Below, one piece after another: positions 46,965 through 57,275 of a DNA stretch of 62,161 nucleotides. The stretch covers positions 78,451 through 140,611 of the forward strand of contig CAZUKH010000002.1 of NCBI GenBank assembly GCA_964620955.1. Reading direction: 5' to 3'. Origin of the DNA: an uncultured Candidatus Saccharibacteria bacterium. GTDB lineage: Bacteria > Patescibacteriota > Dojkabacteria > J137. The notes below the pieces were generated by a model. It did not search any database and was not told the DNA's origin. It was given only the letters and a program-made list of their open reading frames with translations. Within the stretch, counting starts at the first letter, position 1, and each line of letters opens with the position of its first letter. The position numbers and the translations under genes are program-made.

Positions 46965-48119
46965 TTAGCTAGCCTCACTTAACCCTACAATTTCCACAAG
47001 CCTTGGTATTAAACTTGCCCAAAGCATAGCCGAGCCTGACCTGAAACCCAATCTTCCCTGAAGAGGCCCAGTACCGTCTGGAGTAAGTACTTCAAAATAG
47101 TTGTGCCATGATTCAATAGACTTAACAAACCTTGTTAAAACTTGCCTTGCGTACAAAGGCTCAACATTATTTACTAATTCTATATAAAGTGGCGCATTCA
47201 TAGTCCAAATTGAGTTGCCTTGATAGTTTGGTACCACTATTCTTGAAAAAAAGTTTGCCAAGTGGTCATAGTTTTTATTGTGATATTTGATAGGTAAAGG
47301 CCTGTCAAATCTTAACTTTTGAATCCATTTTAAGCTTTGCGAAAGCTTGTATTTATCTTCAACTACGCCTGTCCAAAAGGGCCAAATATTCGCATCCGAA
47401 GAATCAACCCTTTCTTTAAAGCCCCTATCATTGGCAAAATGATCTATACGCCAAAATGCTTTCATAAATACTTTTTTCAAGGAATCAAAATCAGGGAATG
47501 GATTATCGAAGCCTTTTAAACCTTCTAGCTGTTTTACCAAAAACAACATAAACGTATTCGCAACTGTTGTATTTCTTATTTTTATCATGTCTTTTGGAAT
47601 AGAGAAAAGTTTTAACGGGTTTACCATCCTAAGTTTAGGATCGTACACTAGTGAATAATAGTAGTTAATTTCACTGTTTAAGAACTTTTTATATTTTTGC
47701 AAAAGATCAGGCTCATTTATTTCATTGATTATGTGTAATACAAAAGGAAGAGTATCCGCTCCATAAGTGTCTACATCATAGCAAAACCCTTCCCTGCTAA
47801 TAGTTGTTGTTAAGTGGCCATTTTTCATAAACTTATCCATAGCCCACTCTATACTACTTTTTACTCTATCTTTATAACCAAGATTTATTAGCCCTTTAGT
47901 GCTCCAACCTAAATCTCTTACCCAAAAGGAAGACAGATGAACTTCTTGACCAGCTTCTAAATAATCACCATTCCAGCGGTCTTTTACAATATTGTTTGTA
48001 ATTGATTTGTAATTATCACCAAAGTTTTTATATCGCGACTTTTTCCTATATTCACCAAGTCTTTTAATAGCTATCTTTGGGTTTTTGAGTAGATGTAGGC
48101 TGTATTGAAGCTCCCCCAT
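46965..48119 (-). CDS. Possible (alpha/alpha)6-barrel glycoside-hydrolase-like protein
   Basis: FWVRDLGWSTKGLINLGY resembles the GDE_C/GH63-like segment (f.RD......L...G). This is a weak call. Confidence 0.35.
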   Translation of the reverse strand: MGELQYSLHLLKNPKIAIKRLGEYRKKSRYKNFGDNYKSITNNIVKDRWNGDYLEAGQEVHLSSFWVRDLGWSTKGLINLGYKDRVKSSIEWAMDKFMKNGHLTTTISREGFCYDVDTYGADTLPFVLHIINEINEPDLLQKYKKFLNSEINYYYSLVYDPKLRMVNPLKLFSIPKDMIKIRNTTVANTFMLFLVKQLEGLKGFDNPFPDFDSLKKVFMKAFWRIDHFANDRGFKERVDSSDANIWPFWTGVVEDKYKLSQSLKWIQKLRFDRPLPIKYHNKNYDHLANFFSRIVVPNYQGNSIWTMNAPLYIELVNNVEPLYARQVLTRFVKSIESWHNYFEVLTPDGTGPLQGRLGFRSGSAMLWASLIPRLVEIVGLSEAS

Positions 48120-48133
48120 ATTTAATGTAAAAC

Positions 48134-48706
48134 TTAAGCTAAATTCGAGTTTAGTTTAAGCTTTCTAATAAGAATTCCAGAAGTCACAAGGGCCATGCCT
48201 GCGAAAAGTAACGGAAGTCCTTTCCAGTCAAGACTTGTATTTGGTAGGCTACTGGAAAATCTTAAAAGCTCTGTGCCCTCTGTTACAACCTGATCATCAG
48301 AGTAAATTGAATTTGCTCCAACTGTTATAGTACCTGTTTGCCCAGTTCCTTGTACAGTAAAAGATCCAATTGATTCGCCTACTGTAAAATTCCCAGAGCC
48401 TTTTGCAATTGAAACACAAACTCTACCTGACTCATATTTTGCACTCCCTGCACAGTTTCCTAAAACTAATGTACCTGGGGCGTCAGTGTAGCTAATGACC
48501 GTCATTCCTGTTACATTTAAATAAACGTCAACCCCATTTGAAGCACCTGTTGGGTTTGCTTTTATAGTAATAACCTGAGTTGCACCATTTGCTAGAACTC
48601 CTCCAGTTGCAGGATTAAGTGTGAAAGCCTTTACAGTATAGACAAATGATACGAGCGTTAAAACCGATGCGAAAACTATTGCTAGCGATCTAAATATAAA
48701 TTTCAT
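48134..48706 (-). CDS. Cell-surface protein with LPxTG-like (LPNTS) sorting signal
   Basis: Signal peptide, a Gly/Thr-rich beta-type domain, then LPNTS, a hydrophobic stretch (LPLLFAGMALVTSGILI) and a basic tail (RKLK). Confidence 0.6.
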   Translation of the reverse strand: MKFIFRSLAIVFASVLTLVSFVYTVKAFTLNPATGGVLANGATQVITIKANPTGASNGVDVYLNVTGMTVISYTDAPGTLVLGNCAGSAKYESGRVCVSIAKGSGNFTVGESIGSFTVQGTGQTGTITVGANSIYSDDQVVTEGTELLRFSSSLPNTSLDWKGLPLLFAGMALVTSGILIRKLKLNSNLA

Positions 48707-48770
48707 CTTAAATTTTTAACTTTTAATACTCTACAATTTATTAAATGACAAGACAAGCTAGATTACTAAG

Positions 48771-50150
48771 TTAAGATTTTTTTGCTGCTCTTCCCATGTA
48801 TCTTATAAAACCAAAGATCTTTCTTTCAAACCAAGGTCGATCATGAAGCCCTGCAATTGACCACAAACAGCCTACATAACCATTAGGGTCATAACCATCC
48901 AGACTATATTTGTCATTAAGCTTAATTGCATAGTTTAATGCTGTAGTTGCATTGGGAGTCCATTCTAAAATCTTTTTAGCCCAGTACATTCGAAGGTAGC
49001 CATGCATTTTACCAGTTGAAACCATTTGTTGTTGTGCCAAGTTCCACTTTGGATCATGCGTTTTGGCTTTTTCAAACTGCGTATAAGTATAAATATAATC
49101 TCTTTTGTCTTTTTTATGTTTTTGTAAAGTTTTTTTGGCCCATTCTGGAGCTCCATCCAGAGAGTCGTATTGATTATTGTAATAACAAAAGTTATCTGAA
49201 AGTTCTTTTCTTACAATTATTTCTTCAATTAGAGCATTGACCGAATTATTTAAATCATCTTTACTTGGGCCGGATATGCCTGCTTCTAAAAGCATTTTTT
49301 GATACCTATTAAGCTCAAGCACAACTCTTAAAGAAGAAATCTGTCCAAAATGTAAATAAGGGCTTAAGTTTGTAAGAGCATCAATATCGGGATTATTTCT
49401 GTTTTTAAAGTAATTTAAGAGTTTGCCTTTTAAAAAATTAATTAAAGTAGTGTTTGCGTGTTGACTCCCAGATATTTGCATTGGCTCGTAATTATCAATA
49501 GTTTTAAGTTTCAATTTTGCTAATAATTTCTGCCAGTTATTTCTTTTTAAATCTAGATTATGATTTTGTGAGTTTATTTTTTGTGGTTCGTAAAGATAAT
49601 TTTGAATATGCTTGTTGAGTTTAGGCCTAATTGTTCTTGCAGCGTATTCTTGTTTGTTTGATGTAATCCAAACTGGAACAATATTGTGGGTATCTACCAT
49701 GAATACGGGAAAAGACGAGTCATTTGCAAAATCTAATTTAACTTTTATGGGACCTTTTAATGGTGAGAAGTCAAAATAAACTGCAACTGGACCGAACTCT
49801 TCCGCAGCACTTTTATATACCTTACTTGCTTTCCCCGATATTATGAAGAATGGAATATTTAGTAAATGCAACTGATTTTCTACTTCTTTTAAACCTTCAA
49901 TCATCCACTTAAACTGATTCATAGTTCTATTTTTAACAGAAGAATAAAGAGCAAAAATAACTAGTAATGGGACTTTAAGTCTTTCCGAATGAAGTTTTGC
50001 TGCAATTAGCGCATGATTATCGTTTACTCGTTGATCTCTAGACATGAAGTAAATAACGCACTTGCCATAAGTTGAATTTGCAGTATTAAGTTTTTTGATG
50101 CGAGATTTAAGGAGTTGAGTTTGGCTGATTGCTGTTTGTGGTACTTTCAT
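48771..50150 (-). CDS. phr: Class II CPD deoxyribodipyrimidine photolyase
   Basis: VIYFMSRDQRVNDNHALIAA, GKMHGYLRMYWAKKILEW, and NGYVGCLWSIAGLHDRPW. Confidence 0.8.
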   Translation of the reverse strand: MKVPQTAISQTQLLKSRIKKLNTANSTYGKCVIYFMSRDQRVNDNHALIAAKLHSERLKVPLLVIFALYSSVKNRTMNQFKWMIEGLKEVENQLHLLNIPFFIISGKASKVYKSAAEEFGPVAVYFDFSPLKGPIKVKLDFANDSSFPVFMVDTHNIVPVWITSNKQEYAARTIRPKLNKHIQNYLYEPQKINSQNHNLDLKRNNWQKLLAKLKLKTIDNYEPMQISGSQHANTTLINFLKGKLLNYFKNRNNPDIDALTNLSPYLHFGQISSLRVVLELNRYQKMLLEAGISGPSKDDLNNSVNALIEEIIVRKELSDNFCYYNNQYDSLDGAPEWAKKTLQKHKKDKRDYIYTYTQFEKAKTHDPKWNLAQQQMVSTGKMHGYLRMYWAKKILEWTPNATTALNYAIKLNDKYSLDGYDPNGYVGCLWSIAGLHDRPWFERKIFGFIRYMGRAAKKS

Positions 50151-52596
50151 TCAAGTTACTTAAGTTAGTAAAGAAAGTTTGCTTTTGCTGATTAGCGATT
50201 GTTTCTTGGTGGCCGGGGTCATTGGTGTTAAGGTTTTCTGCCTGTGCCAATGCAGGTTGACCTGTTGAGATTTCTTTATTTGGTTGTTCTGTTTTTTCAA
50301 TGGGTGTTGAATCGAATATATCAGGGTTTTGGTTTTGCCCTTCTTGCCCAAGAGTGTCACCTGCTTTCGCAATAACGAAGCTAAATGTACTTCCCTTGCC
50401 CACGCCTTCACTTGTTACTTCAAGTTTACTATCCATTGCCTGTAGCAAACCTTTAATAACATATAGCCCAATACCTGTACCACCTGGCCTTACAATTTTT
50501 CGGCCACCTATTTTGCCATCTGAATTTAGATGAGGGTTAATTCTATAAAACTTTTTACCCAAGTTGGCAATATTTTCTGGAGATATTCCTTCACCAGTAT
50601 CTATAACTGAAAATCTAACTTTATTTTCTTCTTCTGTTACTTTAATCAAAACACTGCCAGAGGGAGTATATTTTACAGCATTGCTGACAAGGTTATCGAG
50701 CACTTGTTGTATAGCCGTTTTGTCTGCTGCAACTTCTGTATTTGCATCGATACTAATTTCGGTTTTTAGCTCCAGTTTTTTCTTTTCAGCCATTGGACCA
50801 AATGCCTCGAGCGAATCATCAATCATATCCTGAATTTTTACTCTTTCAAGATTTATTTGCACCCTGTCATTTTCTAGCCTTGCTGACTGCAAAATTGTTT
50901 CGAGTAAATCTTTTTCACGCCTTATATTGTCTTTTGCCATTTTTAAGTACTTAGCCTGCTTTTCAGGGTCAAGGCTATTTTTTTCGGACAAATCGCTCAT
51001 CATTACTATTGCGTTTCGAGCTGTTCCCAATGGCGTTCGGAGCTCATGGCCAAGAATATCCATCATATCTCGCTCTTTTCTCAACTGTTCCGCAAGCTGA
51101 TCGTTTGCAACTTTAAGCTCTTTTGTTGCTTCATCAACTTTTGCCTGAAGGGTTGCATTAAACTCTTGGACTTCTTCATATAAAAATGCTCTTGCTAATG
51201 AGACTGCTGTAATATCTGCTAAAGACTTTATAAATGTAACTTCAGAACCTGAGTAGTAGCTATTACCTGCTTTTGATCCCACCAATATAGCACCAAAAAT
51301 ATCGTTAGATTCTTGCTTAAAAGGTACTATTACTTTAATACCCAGCTCTTGCATTATTACTATTACTTCTTTAACTATGTAGTCTAATGTTTTGAATTCA
51401 GGAGGTATTTCGTTTTCTAGCTGGTCGAGGTTGAAAATTTTTATATCTAAAGGGTGCAGCATTTCCAGAAGTTTTTTAAGTTTATCCATTTGATCGGATG
51501 AGTAGCCGTTTTTCTGAAAGATTTTTGGGTTACCTTTTGAGTCCTGTACTAAAACATAGCTAAAAGATGGCCTCACTGTTTTAGAAATTAATTCGGACGT
51601 TTTTTCGGACACAAGGTTATAGTCAAGTGTTGTGCTTATGGCCTGATTAAATCTCGCTATTTCGGCATTTGGGTCGTAGTTGGGGAATATAATTCTTGAG
51701 TCTACCTGTTCTCGAATATATGTGTTTAGCGAGTTGTAAGCGATAACAAACACTACAGCTACAAACGTACCGAACAGTATACTGCCTGCGCTAAAAAAGT
51801 CTCCAAAAACTGTTTGATCGAATATTAATACAGCGTAAAAGACAAAAAAAGCAACAGAAGCTGTTACGAGGTAGTATATGATTCTACCGATAATGAGACG
51901 AATGTCGAGGAATTGATAGCGGAAGATGGCGAAGAAAATGGTAAAAGCAAAAATTAAAACAGAGAACATTCCAAGGTTTTGTATTAGAGTATATGCTTCA
52001 ATGCTGTACAGCCCTGCCGTAAACAGAATTGGATTGACAATATTTGTAATTACACCCCAAAAAACTGATACAGAAAGACCTAAGAACAATAATTTCCTTT
52101 GAAATTTTTCTTTTCCTTTTGAATTACGATAACCATCTACAAGTCTATAAAGAGCAATGAGCAAATAGGTCAAGAAGTGAAAAATAAAAAGTCCATAACC
52201 CGGACCGTATATAGTCTTAAGGTTGCCATCAATTAAAGTTTCCTCCACTACAACAAAAGCTGAGAATTGGTTTAGTAATAAAATTATACTCATTTCAAGC
52301 CATATAAACACCTCCAAACCACTAGTTGACTTTGCTTTAGGGAAGTTTCTAACGAAAATAAATAAAGAAGGGGACAGAACTATTCCAAAAGAGAAGTTCA
52401 ATCTCCCCATAAAAAGAAGCGTGTCTGGATCCACTATTTGGTAAAGCATATATAGCGTAAATATCCAACCTAAAAGTGATAACAAGGTTAAGAGAAACAA
52501 GAAGGCAGGCTTATCTCTTCGGCTAAAGAGAATTAGAACCGACAACGTTATTACGACCGAGAAGGTTGCTATATAAAGGAATTGAGTAATTAACAT
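50107..52596 (-). CDS. Sensor histidine kinase (multi-TM sensor, GAF-like linker, HisKA, HATPase_c)
   Basis: H-box LGHELRTPLGTARN, N-box LDNLVSNAVKYT, and G-boxes VIDTGEGISPE and GGTGIGLYVIKG. About 7 N-terminal TM helices. No adjacent response regulator. Confidence 0.85.
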   Translation of the reverse strand: MLITQFLYIATFSVVITLSVLILFSRRDKPAFLFLLTLLSLLGWIFTLYMLYQIVDPDTLLFMGRLNFSFGIVLSPSLFIFVRNFPKAKSTSGLEVFIWLEMSIILLLNQFSAFVVVEETLIDGNLKTIYGPGYGLFIFHFLTYLLIALYRLVDGYRNSKGKEKFQRKLLFLGLSVSVFWGVITNIVNPILFTAGLYSIEAYTLIQNLGMFSVLIFAFTIFFAIFRYQFLDIRLIIGRIIYYLVTASVAFFVFYAVLIFDQTVFGDFFSAGSILFGTFVAVVFVIAYNSLNTYIREQVDSRIIFPNYDPNAEIARFNQAISTTLDYNLVSEKTSELISKTVRPSFSYVLVQDSKGNPKIFQKNGYSSDQMDKLKKLLEMLHPLDIKIFNLDQLENEIPPEFKTLDYIVKEVIVIMQELGIKVIVPFKQESNDIFGAILVGSKAGNSYYSGSEVTFIKSLADITAVSLARAFLYEEVQEFNATLQAKVDEATKELKVANDQLAEQLRKERDMMDILGHELRTPLGTARNAIVMMSDLSEKNSLDPEKQAKYLKMAKDNIRREKDLLETILQSARLENDRVQINLERVKIQDMIDDSLEAFGPMAEKKKLELKTEISIDANTEVAADKTAIQQVLDNLVSNAVKYTPSGSVLIKVTEEENKVRFSVIDTGEGISPENIANLGKKFYRINPHLNSDGKIGGRKIVRPGGTGIGLYVIKGLLQAMDSKLEVTSEGVGKGSTFSFVIAKAGDTLGQEGQNQNPDIFDSTPIEKTEQPNKEISTGQPALAQAENLNTNDPGHQETIANQQKQTFFTNLSNLNESTTNSNQPNSTP

Positions 52597-52670
52597 CTTT
52601 CAATATAATTGATACCATTCTACACTTTAAAAAACTTATTTAAAACAATAATTCTGATGATTAGTTAGGT

Positions 52671-53645
52671 TCAGCCCAATACTCCTGAATTTAAAATAAG
52701 AGAGATAGTGTCCGGCTCAATTTCAGCATGGTAGTAAACTATTTGTGCATAATCTGAATTAGGAACGAAAGGAAGTAAACCTAATATTCCATTTAGCTTA
52801 CCCTTAGCCAATTTATCTATGACTCCTCCTGTAGTTGTCCGAAAAAAGAGTTTTATCGGTTTTGGGTGTCCGAAATTATCATATGACTGGGAAGTAATGA
52901 CTTTAACAAGCCCAGAAATCAGACTCCTAGACAGACCTTGAGATTGATACTTAGGATGAACAAGTATCTCATCAACATAAAATACATGAGCAGTTCTATT
53001 GAACCAAGGCTGGGATTGGATTTCACCAGCAACAATTCCCCACTTTGTCTGATCTAGAGGGTAATTTGCCTTACCGATCCTCTTTAATAACAATTCGAAA
53101 TTTGTTTGGGTACCCCAAGACAAGCCTACAAACTCACGTCTAGAATCAATAGCCTTTTCAACTGTACGTCCAATCAAGAATGGTATATTATCTTCCGATA
53201 GTCGCAGCTCTTTTGACATCCTGTTAGCTAGTCCAACTGGATCATGGATAAGTCTAAACATAAGCTGACCATCAGGAGATAAGTCGAGAAATTCTTCTAT
53301 ACTAATTCGGTCTGCGGGATTAATGGGTGATCCATATGCAATATATGCACCCTCAAGCCACCTAATATCGTTTCCGTATACTGAAATATATAGACCGATC
53401 ATGCTTACAAGTTCCCTTGGGCTTATTTGACCAATAATTGAACCTGTTAAATTCAGAACCTCAAATCTGTCACCGTCTTCTGGGCTTAATTCAGAAAACC
53501 TTCTTAGACTTTGAACGATCCCAGGCTCAACAAGGGTACCAAAATTATTCATGTAGGGTTGATCATTATCGTTTTCAATCATAGTCATGTGTAATATTTT
53601 ACTTGCCAATTGAATGCTGTGTGTAGATGATGGTGTTTCAATCAT
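52671..53645 (-). CDS. Hypothetical protein with C-terminal GNAT-like acyl-CoA N-acyltransferase motif
   Basis: VFYVDEILVHPKYQSQGLSRSLISGLVKV resembles GNAT motif A (V.P.yqg.G....L). It shares a 4-nt ATGA overlap with the upstream gene. Confidence 0.45.
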   Translation of the reverse strand: MIETPSSTHSIQLASKILHMTMIENDNDQPYMNNFGTLVEPGIVQSLRRFSELSPEDGDRFEVLNLTGSIIGQISPRELVSMIGLYISVYGNDIRWLEGAYIAYGSPINPADRISIEEFLDLSPDGQLMFRLIHDPVGLANRMSKELRLSEDNIPFLIGRTVEKAIDSRREFVGLSWGTQTNFELLLKRIGKANYPLDQTKWGIVAGEIQSQPWFNRTAHVFYVDEILVHPKYQSQGLSRSLISGLVKVITSQSYDNFGHPKPIKLFFRTTTGGVIDKLAKGKLNGILGLLPFVPNSDYAQIVYYHAEIEPDTISLILNSGVLG

Positions 53646-54460
53646 TGCTTTCCATCAACATTAAACAACATACATTTTACACCACCTCCCGACTTTAGAA
53701 ATTCACTAACATCCACCTCTTTTACAACAATCCCCAATTCATTCATTCGTCCTTTTAAGTCTTCTGAAATCCCCATATTCACCACAAACTGATCCTTAAT
53801 CACGAAACCATTACATGCAAAGTTCAGAGCATCATCATAAGAAACGGGAATAATTGTAATATTGGTTCTTTCTTTTAGTTCGTCTAGGTCTGACTCTCTA
53901 AATGCGAGTGGACAAGCTATAGCAAGATCTTTTCTCAATAGGCAGAATGCCACATCTAAATGATAAAAAAACGGATCTATAAGCTCAATAAAAATAATAT
54001 TATCAACAGAGAGATTTATAATTTCAGCAATTCTATAATATGAATCTTTTCTGGCTCTCAAACCATATGAAGCTATCAAATTCTCTCCTATCTTAAGTGA
54101 GCAAGCTTCACCCTCCCAATACAAACCACCATCTAGGCTATAAGTTTCAAAACCATTGTAACGCATTCTTTCTTCAAAAAACCTCGATTCTGGTCTCCTT
54201 TCTTTGTCTTTAAAGTTACTTGAAATAAATATGTTCCCATCTACCCAGCCAGCATTTGCGGCGAAAACCATATCCTTTAATCCTTGTATACCTTTCATGA
54301 CATCAATTTTAATCCCCATATCAGTAAGGAGTGTATGTAAGTTTTTCCACTGAGTTCTTGCCTTAGCCTTATTTACTTTTGTATTAGGGTTCATCCAAGG
54401 ATTTATCGAGTAGTCAACATCAAAACTTTCAGGTGTCACCATTAAAAGCTTTTTGCTCAT
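53642..54460 (-). CDS. Amidinotransferase / DDAH / arginine-deiminase-fold enzyme (guanidino-group-modifying superfamily)
   Basis: LLMVTPESFDVDYSINPWMNP at the N terminus, FYHLDVAF (catalytic His region), and C-terminal GGGVKCM (catalytic Cys). Confidence 0.65.
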   Translation of the reverse strand: MSKKLLMVTPESFDVDYSINPWMNPNTKVNKAKARTQWKNLHTLLTDMGIKIDVMKGIQGLKDMVFAANAGWVDGNIFISSNFKDKERRPESRFFEERMRYNGFETYSLDGGLYWEGEACSLKIGENLIASYGLRARKDSYYRIAEIINLSVDNIIFIELIDPFFYHLDVAFCLLRKDLAIACPLAFRESDLDELKERTNITIIPVSYDDALNFACNGFVIKDQFVVNMGISEDLKGRMNELGIVVKEVDVSEFLKSGGGVKCMLFNVDGKQ

Positions 54461-55800
54461 TTTAAAAAAATAACTTCGGTCTTTTTTGGATAAGATTTCA
54501 AAACATCATCAGGGCTGAACCCGTTGTTTTTCCAAATAACTTCAACTACTTTACCTAGCTTCTTTAAACTATTTGATAACGAATATGCACTTTGAAGATT
54601 ATTTGAAAATATTACGTAATCGACTTCGTAGTCTGCACGTATAATCATGTTTTTATTAATTGTATCGAGAGATTGTTGTTTTAATGCGGCAATTATTCTT
54701 TCTAAACTATATGCATACCCAGTTGCAGGTACCAGTGATTTGTTCAATTTGGAATTTACCACTCTGTTTATTAGAAGGTCATATCTCCCTCCACCTGCTA
54801 CCTCAGCAAGGATTCCATTCTTAGTCTGGATATCAATTTGAAAAGTACATTTATTGTAGTAGTCTTGACTTCTTACCACCCCAAAATCAAGTTTCGCTTG
54901 AACACCTAGCTCTCTAAAAAATTTAACTAATTCTTGTGCTTCCTTTAAAACTTCTTTTCCCAAATATCTTACTAATAACTCAACATCCTTTAATGAAGGA
55001 TATGACCGGTAGAGTAATTTACACATCTCAATGTGAGTTTCATTTTTTAGTATAGAACTAGTGTAGGAATCAAGTTTACTAACCGCCCTTAAAAGCTGAC
55101 TTTTCAGACCTTTGGCCCTTGCTGATGCTACATTATCCAGAAGTTCTTTAATAATATTAGCTTCGTTTACGGAAATGCCAATATTTTTGATAACTTCATT
55201 AAAAATCCTTACATCGCTTACACGAAGAATTAATTGCTTAGTATCGAATCCAAGCGAATTGAGGCTGTTAATAGCCATATCTATAACCTCAATGTCAGCG
55301 TTAACGCTTGACTTTCCAAAAAACTCTACACCCACCTGCACAAACTCTCTGAATTTAGTTTCCGAGACCTTGCTAAGAAGCTCGTTCCTGAAACAGTTTG
55401 GTGTGTAAAAGATTCTTAAGGGTCTGGCATTAAGCTCAGCGGCAGCCTTAGTAATGTCTTTATATCTTGAGGCGAGCCATCTACAGACGGATGTAGTTCC
55501 TTCCGGTATAAGGAAACAATGTATCTCCTCGGCGGGGAGAGACTCGTAATCTTTTTGATAACCTTTTAAGTGTAACGATATTAAGCTTTTCGGATGCCAA
55601 CCCGGCCAGGGATGAACACCTACAATCTCCGAGGAAAAGAATGATTGTCGCTCAATAGATGGCAAAGTTAACTTCTTGTAATTTGAAAGATAAAAATAAT
55701 GACTTAGTAAATTTTGAATATAGTCCCTTAAACTTGCGTCACCATTATAGATGTCTCGAAAACCTAATGGTGGTATAAATTTATTCTTTTGACCTAGCAT
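54457..55800 (-). CDS. hisS: Histidyl-tRNA synthetase family protein (HisS-like class II aaRS; housekeeping versus paralog role unresolved)
   Basis: PLGFRD, LIPEGTTSVCRW, motif 2 CFRNE..(insert)..KFREFVQVGVEFFG, VRSQDYYNKCTFQI, GGGRYDLLI, VPATGYAYSLERI, plus a C-terminal anticodon-binding-like domain. Confidence 0.7.
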   Translation of the reverse strand: MLGQKNKFIPPLGFRDIYNGDASLRDYIQNLLSHYFYLSNYKKLTLPSIERQSFFSSEIVGVHPWPGWHPKSLISLHLKGYQKDYESLPAEEIHCFLIPEGTTSVCRWLASRYKDITKAAAELNARPLRIFYTPNCFRNELLSKVSETKFREFVQVGVEFFGKSSVNADIEVIDMAINSLNSLGFDTKQLILRVSDVRIFNEVIKNIGISVNEANIIKELLDNVASARAKGLKSQLLRAVSKLDSYTSSILKNETHIEMCKLLYRSYPSLKDVELLVRYLGKEVLKEAQELVKFFRELGVQAKLDFGVVRSQDYYNKCTFQIDIQTKNGILAEVAGGGRYDLLINRVVNSKLNKSLVPATGYAYSLERIIAALKQQSLDTINKNMIIRADYEVDYVIFSNNLQSAYSLSNSLKKLGKVVEVIWKNNGFSPDDVLKSYPKKTEVIFLK

Positions 55801-55919
55801 AAAGGGGTTAAATTTTGTGAATAAATTTTAGCATTGATTTTGGTAAGTGTCAATTTCTGCTGACAAAAACTGATTGATCTACACATTCTATTAAGCAATT
55901 ATTAAATGCCCTGTCATAA

Positions 55920-56378
55920 TTAATGGGCTCCCATGAGCCTAAGTTTGCAAATCAGAGTATCAACCCCATTAACAGTGTCGATCGTACCTTGATCCTTAGC
56001 ATTTATTACAAGTCGATAAAACTTCGAGCCTGTTATTCCAGCACATTCAGGTAAATAAGTATTACTTATCTTAGAATAAGCCAGTACCAATAAAGGAAAT
56101 ATCGCTAACCTTGAGTATATTTCTATTGCCTCAATACAAGCTTTAAGTCTAACCGGGCTTAGTCCTCCAGTTGTGGAATAAGAATTCAATGTCTCCGTAA
56201 GAATTATAATTCCCGAGATTACGATCGGTAAAATACAAATGATCGAAGTTACTGTGGCGACGTCATTCAGTGCCTCAAGCCTAATATATCTCGCTATTTT
56301 TTGCTGGTAGTCAAATTCGTTCCCCTCCAACTGGTCGGTAGGTTTTCCTTGACAATAGCAATCTTCAACATTCGACAT
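55920..56378 (-). CDS. Hypothetical membrane protein (152 aa)
   Basis: ORF with 2-3 hydrophobic helices, divergent from the XRE genes. Confidence 0.5.
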   Translation of the reverse strand: MSNVEDCYCQGKPTDQLEGNEFDYQQKIARYIRLEALNDVATVTSIICILPIVISGIIILTETLNSYSTTGGLSPVRLKACIEAIEIYSRLAIFPLLVLAYSKISNTYLPECAGITGSKFYRLVINAKDQGTIDTVNGVDTLICKLRLMGAH

Positions 56379-56433
56379 GTTTTAAACCATTTGAATGTAT
56401 GTTAACATAAAAATGTGTTAGCAACACAATAAA

Positions 56434-57219
56434 ATGAGTCATCTTGGCAATAGAATATATTTCTTCCGAAAGCGAGCGGGTCTAAGTCAAATGAAGTTAG
56501 AACTAGAGTCAGGTGTAGCCTTAGGTGGGTTAAGCCGAATTGAGAATGGTGAAATCAACCCAAATAAAGAAACGATTAGAAATATAGCGGAGGCCTTATC
56601 GCTTACACCTAGAGAGTATAATTACCTTGTTGGAAGTTTCTCTAGACCTGCTTCAACCGAGGAAAGGGAAAAGGCTGTAAAAGAACTAGAAAATACTTTT
56701 GAGGACGAACGCATATATGCATATTTATTTGATGAAACACAGACTTTACTTTACTTCTCAAAAGGAATACAGAAGCTGATTCTACGAGTAGTGCAAAAAG
56801 ATTACCCTCAGCTACGCTTAGAGGACTATATAGGTAAAACCTTGTACGAGGTTTTACTTACCCCCTCTTTCGGTATATATTCGATGCTTTCACAAGACCA
56901 AAACGATTTCCTTGAATTACTAAAATCACTTCTAATCAGATTCTACATTGAAACTAGTTTTATGTTTGACAACCCCCAGGTACAAAAAACCCTGGAGATT
57001 GTAAAATCACACCCTATTGCCAGCCAGGCCTGGAAAGAAGTATTAGCCGAAAAGCCAAGCATTTACAATAACGAATCAACTACTTTTTATATGCACTTTG
57101 GTCCATTTAAAGCAAAAATGGAATACAAAATAGAAAAAATGCTTTCCAACGACCGCTTTGAAGTAATAATCTACAAGCCAAAAAATATCTTCTTAAAGAT
57201 TATTAATATGTTTGGATAA
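56434..57219 (+). CDS. XRE-family HTH regulator with about 190-aa C-terminal sensor-like domain
   Basis: IYFFRKRAGLSQMKLELESGVALGGLSRIENGEINPNKETIRNIAEAL is an HTH_3 motif. Confidence 0.75.
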   Translation: MSHLGNRIYFFRKRAGLSQMKLELESGVALGGLSRIENGEINPNKETIRNIAEALSLTPREYNYLVGSFSRPASTEEREKAVKELENTFEDERIYAYLFDETQTLLYFSKGIQKLILRVVQKDYPQLRLEDYIGKTLYEVLLTPSFGIYSMLSQDQNDFLELLKSLLIRFYIETSFMFDNPQVQKTLEIVKSHPIASQAWKEVLAEKPSIYNNESTTFYMHFGPFKAKMEYKIEKMLSNDRFEVIIYKPKNIFLKIINMFG

Positions 57220-57275
57220 CCCCCCTACCCACCAACTTCGCAAAATGGTAAAATTACTCATTCATATAAACCATC

